DNA of 64,000 nucleotides from Geosiphon pyriformis uo1 (taxonomy: Eukaryota; Fungi; Glomeromycota), in NCBI GenBank assembly GCA_016748015.1, contig JAAOMT010000703.1, positions 618,255-682,254 of the forward strand, in the 5' to 3' direction. The position numbers and the translations under genes were made by a program. Of this stretch, positions 39,224 through 52,600 are shown in pieces (positions within the stretch are counted from its first letter, which is position 1; every line of letters starts with the position of its first letter). The notes beneath the pieces were generated by a model. That model had not been told where the DNA came from. It was given only the letters and a program-made list of their open reading frames with translations, and did no database searches.

Positions 39224-40162
39224 CTATTAATTAGCATGAAATTACCTTCATAATTCCTATTATTAATTAGCATATATTATTATTATTTCGATTATTACTT
39301 ATTATTTAATCTAATTATCAAATATTATTACTCAATTAATAATCTGATTTGTACTCTAAAAATTAAGATAATCAAATTACACAATACCCTGAACCATTTA
39401 ACATAGTCAAAATTCGCCAAAATCAATAAAAATTGGCTGAAATAATCAATAGTTCAGTGAAATAACTTGTAGTTTGCCAAAATGTATCTTTAGTTCACCC
39501 AAATTATAGCAAAAAGAAAAGTGCAAGTTCAAAGACTAGTACTACAACAAGTTGTATAAAAGAAGAACTTCTCTTTTTAAGAAAATGTATCTTCTCATAG
39601 TATTTTAATATAGTATCTTACTTTAGATATCTTAATTAAAACAAATCATCTTTTACATATTTCAAATAAAAATTAAATATTCGAAAAACAAATCTTTTGA
39701 TTATTACATTTAAAATTCCCTTAACACAACTAACATTTTGAAATTGATTAGCTACCAATTTCAATAAACTGTTAGTGACTCCAGGCCTGGATAGAAAACG
39801 TTTCCCTTAACAGAATTCTATTTTTTTTATTTTTTTTTTATTTTTTTTTTATTTTCTTGTTACAATCATTAAGGTAGTCTACAGACAAGATTCCTGTAGA
39901 AAATTTGACTTTTACAGCAAAGTAACTACACATTTTAGTGAGCTTCCAGACAAGCAATTCCTGGGAAAAAGTTGACATTTACTACATAAAGTAACTGGCA
40001 AGGAATTGGCCATTTCACTTATAAGCCCAGCAGTTCAAATTATAGAAAATAATTTAAAGATAAATTCAGTTACTGGAGGTCCAACTTTTTCCTAAGAACG
40101 TAAATTCACAGCAAATCAACATTAACAACATTCAAAAAAAAAGATCAAAATCTCTGGTAACA
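39204..40162 (+). repeat. C1 3' LTR
   Basis: tgttaccag...ctggtaaca after the PPT. Confidence 0.94.
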
Positions 40163-40627
40163 ATGGTGAAAAGCAGTTGATAACATTCAAAAATCACAAG
40201 AAAAACAAAAAGAAAGACACAATAACCAACTATCAGATAAACCAGTCGAATTCAGAATTGAAGACAAAGTACTGTTACATCATACCAAAGCAGAAAAACA
40301 GTGGAATGAAAAATTTGATTCAAAATGGGATAGATCATTTCACATACACAAAATTTTAGAAAATGGATCTTACAAGTTACAATTAAAAAACAGAATTTTG
40401 AAAAAGACAGCACATGGAAATCATTTAAAAATTTATCAAACACAAAGATCAACATCAGTGGAATCACAACTAAAAGCACAAATTCTATTAATCAGACCAG
40501 AAAATATACCACGAGATATAGAACCAATCATAATTATCAAGATGTAGCTACATATGTGCTGAAATCTAGATATTATGTGCATATAAGTCTCAAGACTACA
40601 AAGAAGGGAATAATAAAAATTTCAACC

Positions 40628-41399
40628 ATGAATCTTTCAGACAAAATTTTAAAATTATCTAAACAATTATTTAACAAAATTCAAAAATCTACATCTCAAA
40701 TAAAAATTATAATCAATAAAAAAGAGATAAGATATAGAGATAAAGGGAAAAGAGAGATGAGTAAGAGTTTAACTAAAACTAACTATTTTCATCTCTACAC
40801 TCCACCCAAAAAAGAAATTTTACAAAAAAAAATTAAATATACTTCTCAGGCAGGATGTGGAAAAAAAGGAGAAGAGAAAGAAAAAAGAGTGAAAAAATTA
40901 GATAAAAAACAAAAACAATTATATACAACATACTTAGCCCTTGAACTAGAAAAAATTAAAGAATCTTTAGCTCGTGAAACCAAACTCCCCAAAACAGGAG
41001 AGTGGACACCAAACAATGCCCAAGAGTAGAAAAAAAAAACTTCCTTCAACATATTGGTTTTACAAAATCAGAGAACAACTAGACTTAGAAAACCTATATG
41101 GAGACTACAACCAGAAAACTTTCAACAAAGAAGCAATGCGATAAGTAGAAAAATTCATAGGAAGGAGCAACCTGACACTATACTATAAGACAGTATGTTG
41201 ATTATATGTCACTTTTCAATATTGTTCAAATGTACTATTGAATGGATCTTTGAAAAAGATAACAGTTAACAACATAGAACAAATAATCAATTAACAGTTC
41301 AAAGATCTACAAAAAGCCATACTCAACATAACCATTGAAAATTACATAAACAAAGTTCTATTAACAGACATAACCAACTTTGCAGAAGCTCAATATTAA
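40628..41399 (+). pseudogene. B ORF3, unknown function
   Basis: MNLSDKILKLSKQLF...NFAEAQY*; same position as, and similar ends to, D ORF3. Confidence 0.7.
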
Positions 41400-41414
41400 A
41401 AAAAAAAGAGATAA

Positions 41415-42332
41415 TGTTACTTGAAAAAAGAAAGCCTATCAAAGAAAAAAGGAAAAATGTGACTTAAAAAAAAATGTGATGAAATGTAAAAGGACACAGA
41501 ATAGCATGCAATAATGTTGGATAACATGTTATAATATAGAATAATGCGTTATAACATGGGATAATGTGTTATAATGCAGAATAACACAGAATAATGTGTA
41601 ATAATATCAAATAACATGTTATAACATAAAATAATTAGTTATAATGTAAGAAAATAAAGTAATAGCTAGCAAGAACAAACAATTCAAAGCAATTCTGTAA
41701 AACTAGAAAATACATATATTTAGCAGTAGTATTAAAAGCAGAAAAGACAGAATCCCCAGACAGAAATTCATTAGTTATCATTTCCCAGTTAGAAATCATA
41801 TCATTCCAAAATATTAATAAATATACTTATTCAGCATCTCAAATCCAATTGTTTATTATCAACTCTAAATGTTGATAGTAATTGATACTTAAAATATGTA
41901 AGAACAATAGCCCTTAATTATGGTTATTAACAGGATACTAACTTATATTGCCTTGGCTTATTGTCATTATTTTTTTCTTATCTTTTTATTTTTGCTTTAT
42001 TTTGTTGTATATACTAATTAATTGAGGATTAAGCACTAAGTATTGACATTAAGGATTGCCTGGTAAAAGACCCCTGCAAGTGGGTAGAACACATAAGAAT
42101 TATGGATTGCTTACTAGAGAATTGCCAGCTATCACGCTAAGAAAAAAATTGACAAAATTGTGATTCCAGAAAGCTATAAATAAAATAACATAAGAATTTC
42201 TGTCCATTATACAAAAAACTCCAATCAAAACCTTCAGATTAAAATACTTTCAAACATTACTAATATTATCAATTGAGCACCAAGTTATGGGTTTGTTATT
42301 TGCTTTGAGACTCCAAATAATCACTTTTAACA
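41415..42332 (+). repeat. B 3' LTR
   Basis: After A-rich PPT plus taa; tgttact...taaca; 3' half homologous to the D LTR, U3 different. Confidence 0.88.
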
Positions 42333-45300
42333 ACATATTATCAGAATTTATATTATTATCAACAGCAAAACCTACTATTATCAAAGTTCTATTCTAAAAT
42401 AATCAAAAAAAATTCAAACTAATAAGAATCTATGGCAATTATTTTAAAGAATATAAGTTATAATTAATGATATTATAAAAACTTTAATTATTATTACTTC
42501 AACCTAATTTTGGATTTATTAGTAATTAGGCAAACACCAATTCAAAAAAAAAAGACAGTGATCAAAAAAATAATAGGCAAAATCTAATTCCAAATAAACT
42601 GAAAATACAAGCTCCAATTGTTTAAACTCAGCAAAATTCAAACAATCTAAACTCTGCTGTTATCTAATAAAAATTAACAAAAATTAAAAATAATATTATT
42701 ATAATATATTAACTAATTATTAAATAATAGTATAAATAGTACAGATCAATAAATAAAATTAAAAAATGTGATATATACATGATAGTATGCAAAATATGTA
42801 CAAATATATCTAATTTAATGCAATCACAAACAAATAAACCAAAAGCACTTATAGTCAAACAGAAGATTTAATAGCTTAATAATTATTTATTAATTAGTTA
42901 AAATAAACATAATTATATATATAATAATTTTTTAATTAGAAAAAAAACAGACAAAGAAAAAAAATAATAAAGAATAAAAAATTAATTAAATAAAATAAAA
43001 TAAAATAAAAGTAAAAAAATTAGATTATAATTTAAAAAAAACTAAAAAATATGTTCTTTAAGCTTTGTATTATAATATTTACTAATATTAAGATTAGTAA
43101 AATTAAAAATTTTCTATTTTTATAATTAGGTCTTCTACAAATAACTGAAAGAGCCATTATTTTCTTTTATTATCACTTTTCCATTAATAAAAAACAGTGG
43201 TAAAAACATTTAATACACTAATAAAAACATAAATAAAATCCAAGCTTAACAAAATTAAAAACACATTAAAAGAATATTAAATACATGAAATTATCTAAAA
43301 ATTACTTGTAATAATATTTTGGCCAAAATTAACAGTCAACTTAAAAATCTGAAACAAATTTTTTATATTTTTGAAAAATAATTTTTAATTAAAATTATTT
43401 TACAAATACTAAATTTGTTGAATTTTACTTTTTATTTTAATCTTTTTTGAATTTATTAAAAATAAAATACTGCTTTATTGCAAGCAAAAAAATACAGATA
43501 TTTGGTATTAATATAAGATAAAAAAAGTATTTTCACAAAAAGCTTAAAGAAAGACACAATTAGAAATATAAAAATACAACAAAAATTCTTCTTGAAAGAT
43601 TAGTATAGCAGTAACTACTAACAATTTTAACAGAAACATTATGTTACACACCAAATTTAATAACAAAGACATTTATCAAAAAAATTTATTTAATATCTAT
43701 TAGAAAGTTAAAAAAAACTCACTGAATTAACTTTTAGATTCTTAAATAAAAAAATAATAGTAATATATTAAATAAAAATTCAGCAAAAATTAAAAATGAC
43801 ACTAATTAAAACTAATATACTTATTCTCATATCAAAATTAGATAATTCATTATATTATTGCTTAATCTAAAAAACCATAGAAATTAATTATAGTACAATT
43901 ATTAAGAAGAAAATAATCTGTAATATTTGGTATTTACTTCAAGATTCAATTTTAAACTATCTAAGCTACTTAAATTTTAGCAATAATTAATTGCATAAAT
44001 TAGTAGATTAAAGTAGCAAAACTAATAATAATTACTAATTTTTTTAGCCAAAACTTATATTATCAATGTTAAAAAAGATTGAAATTACTTAATAATTATT
44101 TTTTAACTGAATTAATTTTTAATTATTATGTGCATTATTAAATTCAATATTTACTTGGGCAAAGTTCAGAATCCCAAGAACAAAAATAAAGCTTATATCA
44201 AGAATTAATCTAACATATTATACTATTTAATACACAATTATTCCCAATAACTTTAATATAAATACATTAAGAAATTAAGAAATACATTTAGCAAAGTTTT
44301 CCATTCATCTTTAACAAAAACAAGAAAGATAGTAGTAATTAAAATAACTAACAAAAACCAAAAACTCCAGTATAAATACCCTAATATAAACACTTTATTA
44401 AGGAATTGTAAATTAACAACAAACCTTAATTTTATTATATAAAAAACTTTAAATTATATTATTAGAAGCCTTATTTTATTATTTGTTATTGAATAATTAA
44501 ATTAATATACTGCTAAGAGCTGCATTTTTATTTACCACAAAAATAACTTTCCAAATTTTTAACTATGTTCATATTTTATTTAGAAAAAAACTCTTTAAAA
44601 AATCTATTTTAGGAGAATATTTATTGTGATTTTTAAACCTATTTTCTCTACACCCAAACTTTCAGATTGCTTAAGAACCTAAACCTAAACCTAAATTTGA
44701 GTTTAAACTTAATCCAAAAAACAGAGTGCCAAAAAAAAAATTTTCAAGTAAATTGAAACCAAAATTCATAGTTTTTTCTGTTCAAATATCTGTAAATTCT
44801 CAAAAAATAATTGTTCTCTATATCACAAAATTAACCAATTTTACTAAAAAAAAAAAAAATGCTTATATTTAAATTGAAGAAGCATAAAAAGCAATTCTAG
44901 CAAATAATTAAAATAAGACTTGTAGTCTTTAGACTTTATTATTCTTCTTAAAAAACATAGTTAAATCTTGATATTAGAATTTAAATTCTAAACCTAACAC
45001 TTTTACATAGTTTTAAGACACATTTTTAGAATATTTCTGCAATTTCAATACTATTATCAAACTTCAAAATAAATTTAATACTAATAAACAACAGTCCAGT
45101 AAAACAATAACTAAATATTTTGATAGGTTTAATCATATTTTATGACAGATTAGAATCATAAAAGACAACTATTATAGCTTCTCAAATTCTTAATCAATTT
45201 GTAAAAAAATTAAGAAGTAGTATCTTAAAATGAGTAAGACTATAATACTTAAAAGATTTATTTCAAGCTGTTATATTAGCTTAAAATATTAAATTAGTCA

Positions 45301-47698
45301 AAAAAGAAGCTAATCACAATAAAATAATAAACTTGGTAATAAATAATAATAATACCAAAAAATTAGAAAACAAAATTACTCAACTCAAAGAGAAATTATC
45401 TTAGAAGATGAAAAATTATCTTGTTAATATTAAGTCTCAAATACCAAACTAATATTAATTATAATAACAATAAAACTAAACACTCTTTTAAGATTACAGC
45501 TATTAAAATCCAAATAGAAACCAATAAAATATACTAATGTATTATTATTATTAAAAGTACAAATATATTAAAGCCAAATGCTGATTACTATAGTTTCATT
45601 AAAATTCATATGAAAAAAATTCATAAAACCCACTTTTTAGCAATTAATACATAATACTTTAAAATTAATATTTAGTATTAATTTAATAGTATTCTTAGCA
45701 ATAATTATTATAGCAACCAAATTCAGCTCAGCCATAATACTTATCTCTATTACAACAATTATAACAATTACCAACTCCCAGATCATATTCTTAAAACTTA
45801 AATTAAAGAAAAAATTATCCACTTTTAAATTCAAACTTTTTGGATTAATCAACAACAAACACAATAATATTACAAAATTCTAATCAAAATAGATAATATA
45901 ATATTTTTATATATCATCAACAAAAATTTTTTAACTTATTCAAACCACAAAATTTCTATAATATAATGTCTTATAAAGATCAAAACATATACAATATTAA
46001 AAGTATTATTAATATTAATAAAAGTACTAGCATGATTTCCCTTATAATCATTACCAATAATAAAATATTAACTGTTATATTTTTTTTTAAACTTAAGAAA
46101 AAAAAATCCATTCCTATCTTGTTTAATAGAATTGTTTTAAATAAAAATAAACCAATTACTATTATGTACACTAAGATAAAAACAGATAATAAACTTATTA
46201 AACTAGTCTTAAATAGCAAATTAATAAAAAACATTATTATTTTTTAATTTATAAACCAATTAGGTCATTAAATTAACAAAAACATTAACACTTTTATTAT
46301 TATTATTAATAGAACCAAAAAAATACTAATCGAAAAAATTAACTTTTTTCTCTTCAACATAAATAGAATAATCATCTTTACTAAAATATTATTTATGGTA
46401 TTACTTATAGAAATTTAGGAATTCTTAATAAGAAGATAAAGTAGTCAATTAAAACTAAACATAGTAAAAGAGAAATTTTAGGATTTCTCTTAAAAAATTA
46501 CAAGATTCCAGAAATTCCAAAATTTCTGGCTAAAAAAATTAAAAAATTCAAGAAATCTTATATAACATTAATTATATATATATAGTAAGAGTATTAGAAG
46601 CAGAAAAGTTAAAATACATTTCAAAATTCAGTTCAAAATTAATATTTACAATAAATTAATTATCCAATATCCCTTTTTTTAAAAAGTAATTTTCTACAAC
46701 TTAAAGTAGAATCAATTTACACATCAATAAAAATATCAATTATTACTTAAACTCATGTTATTGTTGTTTGATTAAGAAATAATTAATTGCTTTTATTCTA
46801 TCAATATTCTATGTTGATAGAATCTAATATTTAATTATATTGAACTAATAATTCTTAATCATGGTTATTGACAAGATACTAATTTTTTATTTTTTTTTAT
46901 TTTTTTTTTATTTTTATTTTTATTTTTATTTTGTTGTTTTACTAACTAATTAAAAAAATCAAGTACTGAGTAATTTAACATCAAGAATAGTCTGGTAAAA
47001 AACCCAAAAATAAGAATAGAAATTTAAGAATAGCTTATTAAAAGAACATAACTTTTAGAATAAATTAACTATCATGCTAAAAAAAAAATTCATAGAATAA
47101 ACTTTTGAAAAAGTACTAAAACAACTATTAAATCTCTGTCTATTATACAAAAAACTTAACCAAAACCTTCAGATCACAAAATTTTTTAGATATTGTCACT
47201 ATTAACAAGCTATTAAGCACCAAATTATAGGTTTGTTATTTGTATTAACACTCCAAATAATTATTTATAATAATGAATACAACTCAATACTAAGCACTAA
47301 TTAAAAATAATTGATTAGAAAAAGCAAATGCTATTTTGGATTAATTAACTCAAAAGTTATAACTAATATATCAAAAACAATATACACAAGCACTTATTAT
47401 GTGTAAATATTTTAAAAGAGATTTTTACACAAACAATTTATCTTAATTTAAATTTGAAAAAATATTGAAAACAAAAAGCCATTAAAGCATATTAAGCTAA
47501 GTGGAATAAAAACAATCATAAAAAACTATTACTTGTTTCTATGTGGACTAATAAAATCTCTAACTTTATACTATCTTACTTTTCTTGTTTCTAATATCAC
47601 CAAAGTTATTAACCAAGATTACAATATTTAGTTTGCTAGAAAAAACTATCTTTTATAATGACTTGTGTTATTTTATACAAGAATAATCAATAAACTAC
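42333..47698 (+). mobile_element. Highly decayed LTR retrotransposon relic(s) E
   Basis: Gag-like traces near 42420 (YGNYFK) and 44850-45420 (ILNQFVK, KKEANH); protease trace near 46190; Cys-domain trace near 47630; possible decayed LTR end plus PBS at 43918-43935. May be more than one element. Confidence 0.65.
46399..47272 (+). repeat. Old solo LTR (B/D-related) in the relic protease
   Basis: Decayed ends tattact...tataata; R/U5 homologous to B/D LTRs; TSD atgg(46395-46398)/atga(47273-47276); host VM-D-x-TQY-x-AL restored on removal. Confidence 0.8.
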
Positions 47699-48593
47699 TG
47701 TTATCAAAAGTTTTTGGTTTTTTTTGAATGTTGTTAATGTCTTGTTTGTTATAAATTCATGTTTTCTGAAAGTAGTTAAACCTCCAATAACTGAATTTAT
47801 CTTTAAATTATCTTTTATAATTTGAACTGCTGGACTTATAAGTACAATAGCCAATTCTGTATTAATTACTTTGTGTAGTTATATTGTAGTAAATATCAAC
47901 TTTTTTTCAGAAATTGCTTATCTGAAAGCTTATTAAAAAGGCATAGTTACTTTGCTGTAAAAATCAACTCTTCTACAGAAATTTTATTTATAGACTATCC
48001 TAATAATTATAATAAGAAAAAAATAAAAAAATAAAAAAAATGTAAAAGAAATAGAATTCTGTCAAGAGAAACGTTTTCTATCCAAGTCTGGAGTTACTAG
48101 CAGATTATTGAAATTGGTAGCTAATCAATTTCAAAATGTTAGTTGTGTTGAGAAAATTCCAAGTGTAATAATTAAGGATTTGGTTTTTAAATATTTAATT
48201 TTTTTTATTGATTTTGTAAAAATATGTAAAAAATGATTTGTTTTAATTAAAATATCTAAAAATAAGATAAAATACTATAATAAGATATATTTTCTTGAAA
48301 AAAAAAGCTTTTCTTTTATACAACTTGTTGTAGTATTAGTTTTTGAACTTGCACTTTTTTCTTTGCTCTAATTTCAGTGAACTAAAGATACATTTCAGCA
48401 AACTACAAGTTATTTCTACAAACTATTAATTATTTCGGCCAATTTTTATCAATTTCGGCGAATTTTAACTATATTAAATGGTTCAGAGTATTGTGTAATT
48501 TAATCATCTTAATTTCTATGATATAAATCAGATTATTAATTGAATGATAATATTTAATAATTTGGTTAAATAATAAGTAATAATAATATATGC

Positions 48594-49580
48594 TGTTACC
48601 AGACAAAATTAGAGATATTATTTAGCATGAAATTATCGTTATAATTCTCATCATTAATTAACATATATTATTGTTTCAAATTATCACTTATTACATTAGC
48701 AAAATGTCCAAATTATCATTTAATTAATAACCCAATTTGTATATGACACAAATGTAACCTAATTGTGATGATCAATCATACAATACCCCGAACTATGTAA
48801 CATTCAAAAAGTTTGCTGAAATTTGTAGAAATTTGCCGAAATAATTGATAGTTCACCAAAATATCTAATAGTTCGTAGAAATAACTTGTAGTTTGCCGAA
48901 ATGTATCTTTAGTTCAGCGAAATTGTAGAAAATAGCAAAGTTCGAGTTCATAAAATAGTGTTACAACAAGTTGTATAAAAAAAAAGTGTTTCTCTTTGAG
49001 AAAATGTATCTTACTTCAGATTAAAAACAATTAGAATAACCCTTTACACCCAAAAGACAAATAAATATCAAATAATTTGAAAAGCCAAATTCTTAAATTA
49101 TTTCCCTTGAAATTAACCAATTCCTACTAACAGTTTGAAATTGACTAGCTACTAATTTCGGTAAACTGTTAAAGCACTTCCAGACCTGGATCCGAAATGA
49201 CTTCCATAAATTATCAGTTTTACTTTTTTTTTTACATTTCTTTTATTCTCTTTCTTTTCTTATTATAAATCATTTAGGTAGCCTACAGACAAGAATTCCT
49301 GTAGAAAAGTTGACTTTCACAGCAAAGTAACTATACATTTTTAGTGAGCTTCCAGATGAGCAATTCCTGGAAAAGAGTTGACGTTTACTACAACATAACT
49401 ATACAAAGTAACTAGCACGGAATTGGCCATTCCACTTATAAACCCAGCAGTTCAAATTATAAGAGATAATTTGAAGATAAATTTAGTTACTGGAGGTTTA
49501 ACCACATCCAGAAAACGAGAATCCACAGCAAACAGACATCAACAACATTTAAGAAAAGAGACCAAAAACCTCTGGTAACA
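48594..49580 (+). repeat. C3 5' LTR
   Basis: tgttacc...ggtaaca; TATA-like gtataaaa near 48973. Confidence 0.96.
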
Positions 49581-49624
49581 TTTGGTGCTCTCCCACAGAA
49601 ACAATACAGCAAAACAACTTCAAA

Positions 49625-52600
49625 GTGGCAACCACACCAGACACAACAACTCTAGAGTATTACCAATCAATTTACACCCACTGCAAGCAAAGATTCAACA
49701 TTCCAGACGGAATTGAAGTTGTCAAGAAATCAGTATACCAATACATTGAAAACCAAATCAACAATTATTTTTTTGGAAATTACAATATCTCAGAAGTTAG
49801 AAGCAACCTTTACAACAATTTAGCACATTATTCACAGTTGAAAACTGAAGACCTTAACAGTGAAACACTTGCCACTTACTTTCAAGAACTAAATTTTAAC
49901 ATTATCAAGTACTGTGAAGAAACATATTCAGTGCAGTTTCAATACTCTATTAATTTTAAATCAGAGACAGAAACAAGCAACAAAGGCAAACAAAAATTGA
50001 AGCAATACTCAAAAACCACCCCAAATACCCTAATACTACCAAAAACAACTGCCAAACACTTACAAACACTTGAACAAAGAACCAGTTCAAAACTTCTATT
50101 TACTATCACACCTTTTTCAGCTTTACTTGCACAAACACAAACACTTAATTTACCCTTGAATTGATTTGCAAGACCAGAAAATTTTACATCACTCAGAAGT
50201 CCCACCAGACAGCAAAAACTCCTTTAAACTAGTTCCAATCTTCTTGATTTTCTAGCTAAAAATCAAAGTGAACACTTTGAGACAACAGCAAACGAAGAAA
50301 ATGACTCTAAAATAACTGAAAAAAAATCAATAGACAGTGAAAACAAAGAAAACAAAATGACAGTATACATTGCAAAAATCCCTGAATTTAATGGAGAAGA
50401 TATTGAGACCAGTTCCCAAGAATGACTCGACCAAGTTACTAAAGCTGAAGATGTAAATGGATGGAATGTTACCAGAATGTTAAGAACAATTTCCTACTTT
50501 CTCAAAGGAACAGCAGGAGAATGTTTTGAAAACTTGGCCACTTCATTCAATGATTGAGACACTTTCAAAGCAGCCTTCTTTAAACAGTTCACCGACAATA
50601 ATATCTCCATCACCCTTCGAAATCATTTTCGCAATATCAAACAAGAACCCTCCAAATCTGTTATGACTTATATTGGGAAATTTAACAAACTTCTCAGACA
50701 AATTTGCCAACTTGAAACTAATGATTATTATTCTGATGCTCAAATCTTGGATCAATTTATCACTGGTTTAAAGGATAAACTGATTAAAAAGGTTCGCCCA
50801 CATGCACCAGAAGATTTAAACTCTGCCATTTAGCATGCAAAGAGATATGAAATGGCCATAGAAGAAGCCAATCGTACAAAACTCGTGAATTTAGCCATTG
50901 GAGAAACCAGCTCAGCAGCTGAAAAAAAAATTGACCAACTTACAAAGAAAGTTGAAAACTATTTCACCAACCAACAACAACAGCAACCCCAAAGATATCA
51001 ACCACCCCAAAGACAGAATCAAAACAACTTCACATCACTTTCTAATAACCAGCCTCAGAGTTGCCATTACTGTGAAATTTCTGGCCACTGGAAAAAAGAT
51101 TGCAGAAAGCTACAATGAAACCAACAAAATAAGAGTAATCAATATTACTCTTTACCACAGTAATTTTATTATCAACTACCACCACCAGCTTACTATTCAC
51201 CAAGACCCCAATATCAAAGTAACTATTATCAGCCTGCCCCACAGCCAATTCAACAGCAATACCAACAACTACCCACACAACATTATCAAGTGCCTGCTCG
51301 AAGATTAATCCTGTAAAATCAATTTACACCACAAAACCAATACCAAGTAAACAACAATAGAATCAATTCAAACAACCAATTAGTTTCCCAAAATCCAGCT
51401 CAGCCAAGACCCACTTATTATCATACTCAACCTAGCTATTTTACAATACCTGAAAAACAGGATTTTCACCATACTGCACTCTCAGAAGGTAGAGTTGCAG
51501 CATGACAACAAAACTCTTCCTATATTCTTACCACAATCTCACCAGCCAGAATTGCTGAAAACACCAATCTTTCAGACATATTTTCTTTTAAGTTTGAAGC
51601 AAATGAGTCACCATTTCTGCTCAGCAATGTGGCCGCCAACAAACAAAAAGCAATCACTGCTATATACACTGAAGCAAAAGTCGAAGGAAAGGCAATTCGC
51701 TTGATCCTAGACAGTGGATCTGCTGAAAGCATCATTACCTACCAGTTAATGCAACAGTTAAAGAGAAATGTTGACTGACCAGCTCAAACAGTAATTGTTA
51801 CTGCCAATGGCATCAAAAAGACTCCAGTAGGAGAAATTGACAATTTTCTGTTTACTCTTGATAGAATCACCATTTCAGTCAAAGTTCTTGTAATAGATGC
51901 GCCCCAGTACTAAGCTCTCATCGGAAATGATTGGCTTCAAAAAGCCAATGCTAATCTGAATTGGGAGATACAAGAGTTAACAATCTCCTACCAAGGACAA
52001 CATGCCCGGGTACCTGCCACTTGTAGTACATTCAACAAATATTCCAAAAAAGCCCCGGCTTTTGAATTTGAACTGGAAGAAGAACAGCCCATCATTGAAA
52101 CATTTGTGGCACTTGGATCAACCTCCAATTGGGCCGATGAAACTAAACAACAGTACTTTTCAACAAATGATTTTCTTGAAACAGAAGAACCAGTAACAAC
52201 TGGATGGAATGTCTCCTATTCAAAACCAGAACCACGAAAACAACGCCCCTACATTCCACTCAAATGCAAAGACTGCCACAAGAAACTCTCTTCAATGGAA
52301 GCCTGCATTTCACCTGAAAAAGAATATGAAAATCATACTTGTTATTACTGCAAGGCTTGTCATAAAGAATGATAGGGCCATCTAATAAAAAGAAGCAGAA
52401 AATGGGATAACACCCCTTGTTTGACTTGTGGAGATATGCTACTAGAAGAATGCAATTGGATTGATTTAGCAATGAAAGGAGGAGTCTGCGATCAGACCTG
52501 CCAATATGCTTTATCAATTTCAGAAAAAGTAAAAAGAGGAACACTCTTTGATGCAGTATACAACAGTGCTCTCAACAAACTGTACTATTATCCTCATGAT

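Larger units (their letters stand above)
9971..40162 (+). mobile_element. LTR retrotransposon C1, interrupted by D
   Basis: LTRs 9971-10939 and 39204-40162; PBS tttggtgctc at 10940; PPT ggaggaggaga near 39190; TSD atga(9967-9970)/atgg(40163-40166); internal 10940-14127 and 34961-39203. Confidence 0.92.
7441..42332 (+). mobile_element. LTR retrotransposon B (own sequence 7441-9970 and 40163-42332), interrupted by C1
   Basis: RT/RH remnants 7441-8956; integrase from 8987 breaks at ..ENK (9970) and resumes at 40163-40167 (..KAVDNIQK); ORF3 40628-41399; 3' LTR. Confidence 0.9.

Noticed and set aside
42680-43925. Precise boundaries for additional ancient LTRs
   Set aside because: Only weak LTR-end and PBS-like traces (43918-43935, about 43310); too decayed to delimit
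45637-46247. Hydrophobic I/N/K-rich ORFs as membrane proteins
   Set aside because: Products of extreme AT decay of relic gag/protease sequence
49340-49580. Group I intron or hammerhead ribozyme in the C LTR
   Set aside because: P/Q/R-like words are present, but no P7 GACUA/UAGUC pairing and no CUGAUGA/GAAA core were found
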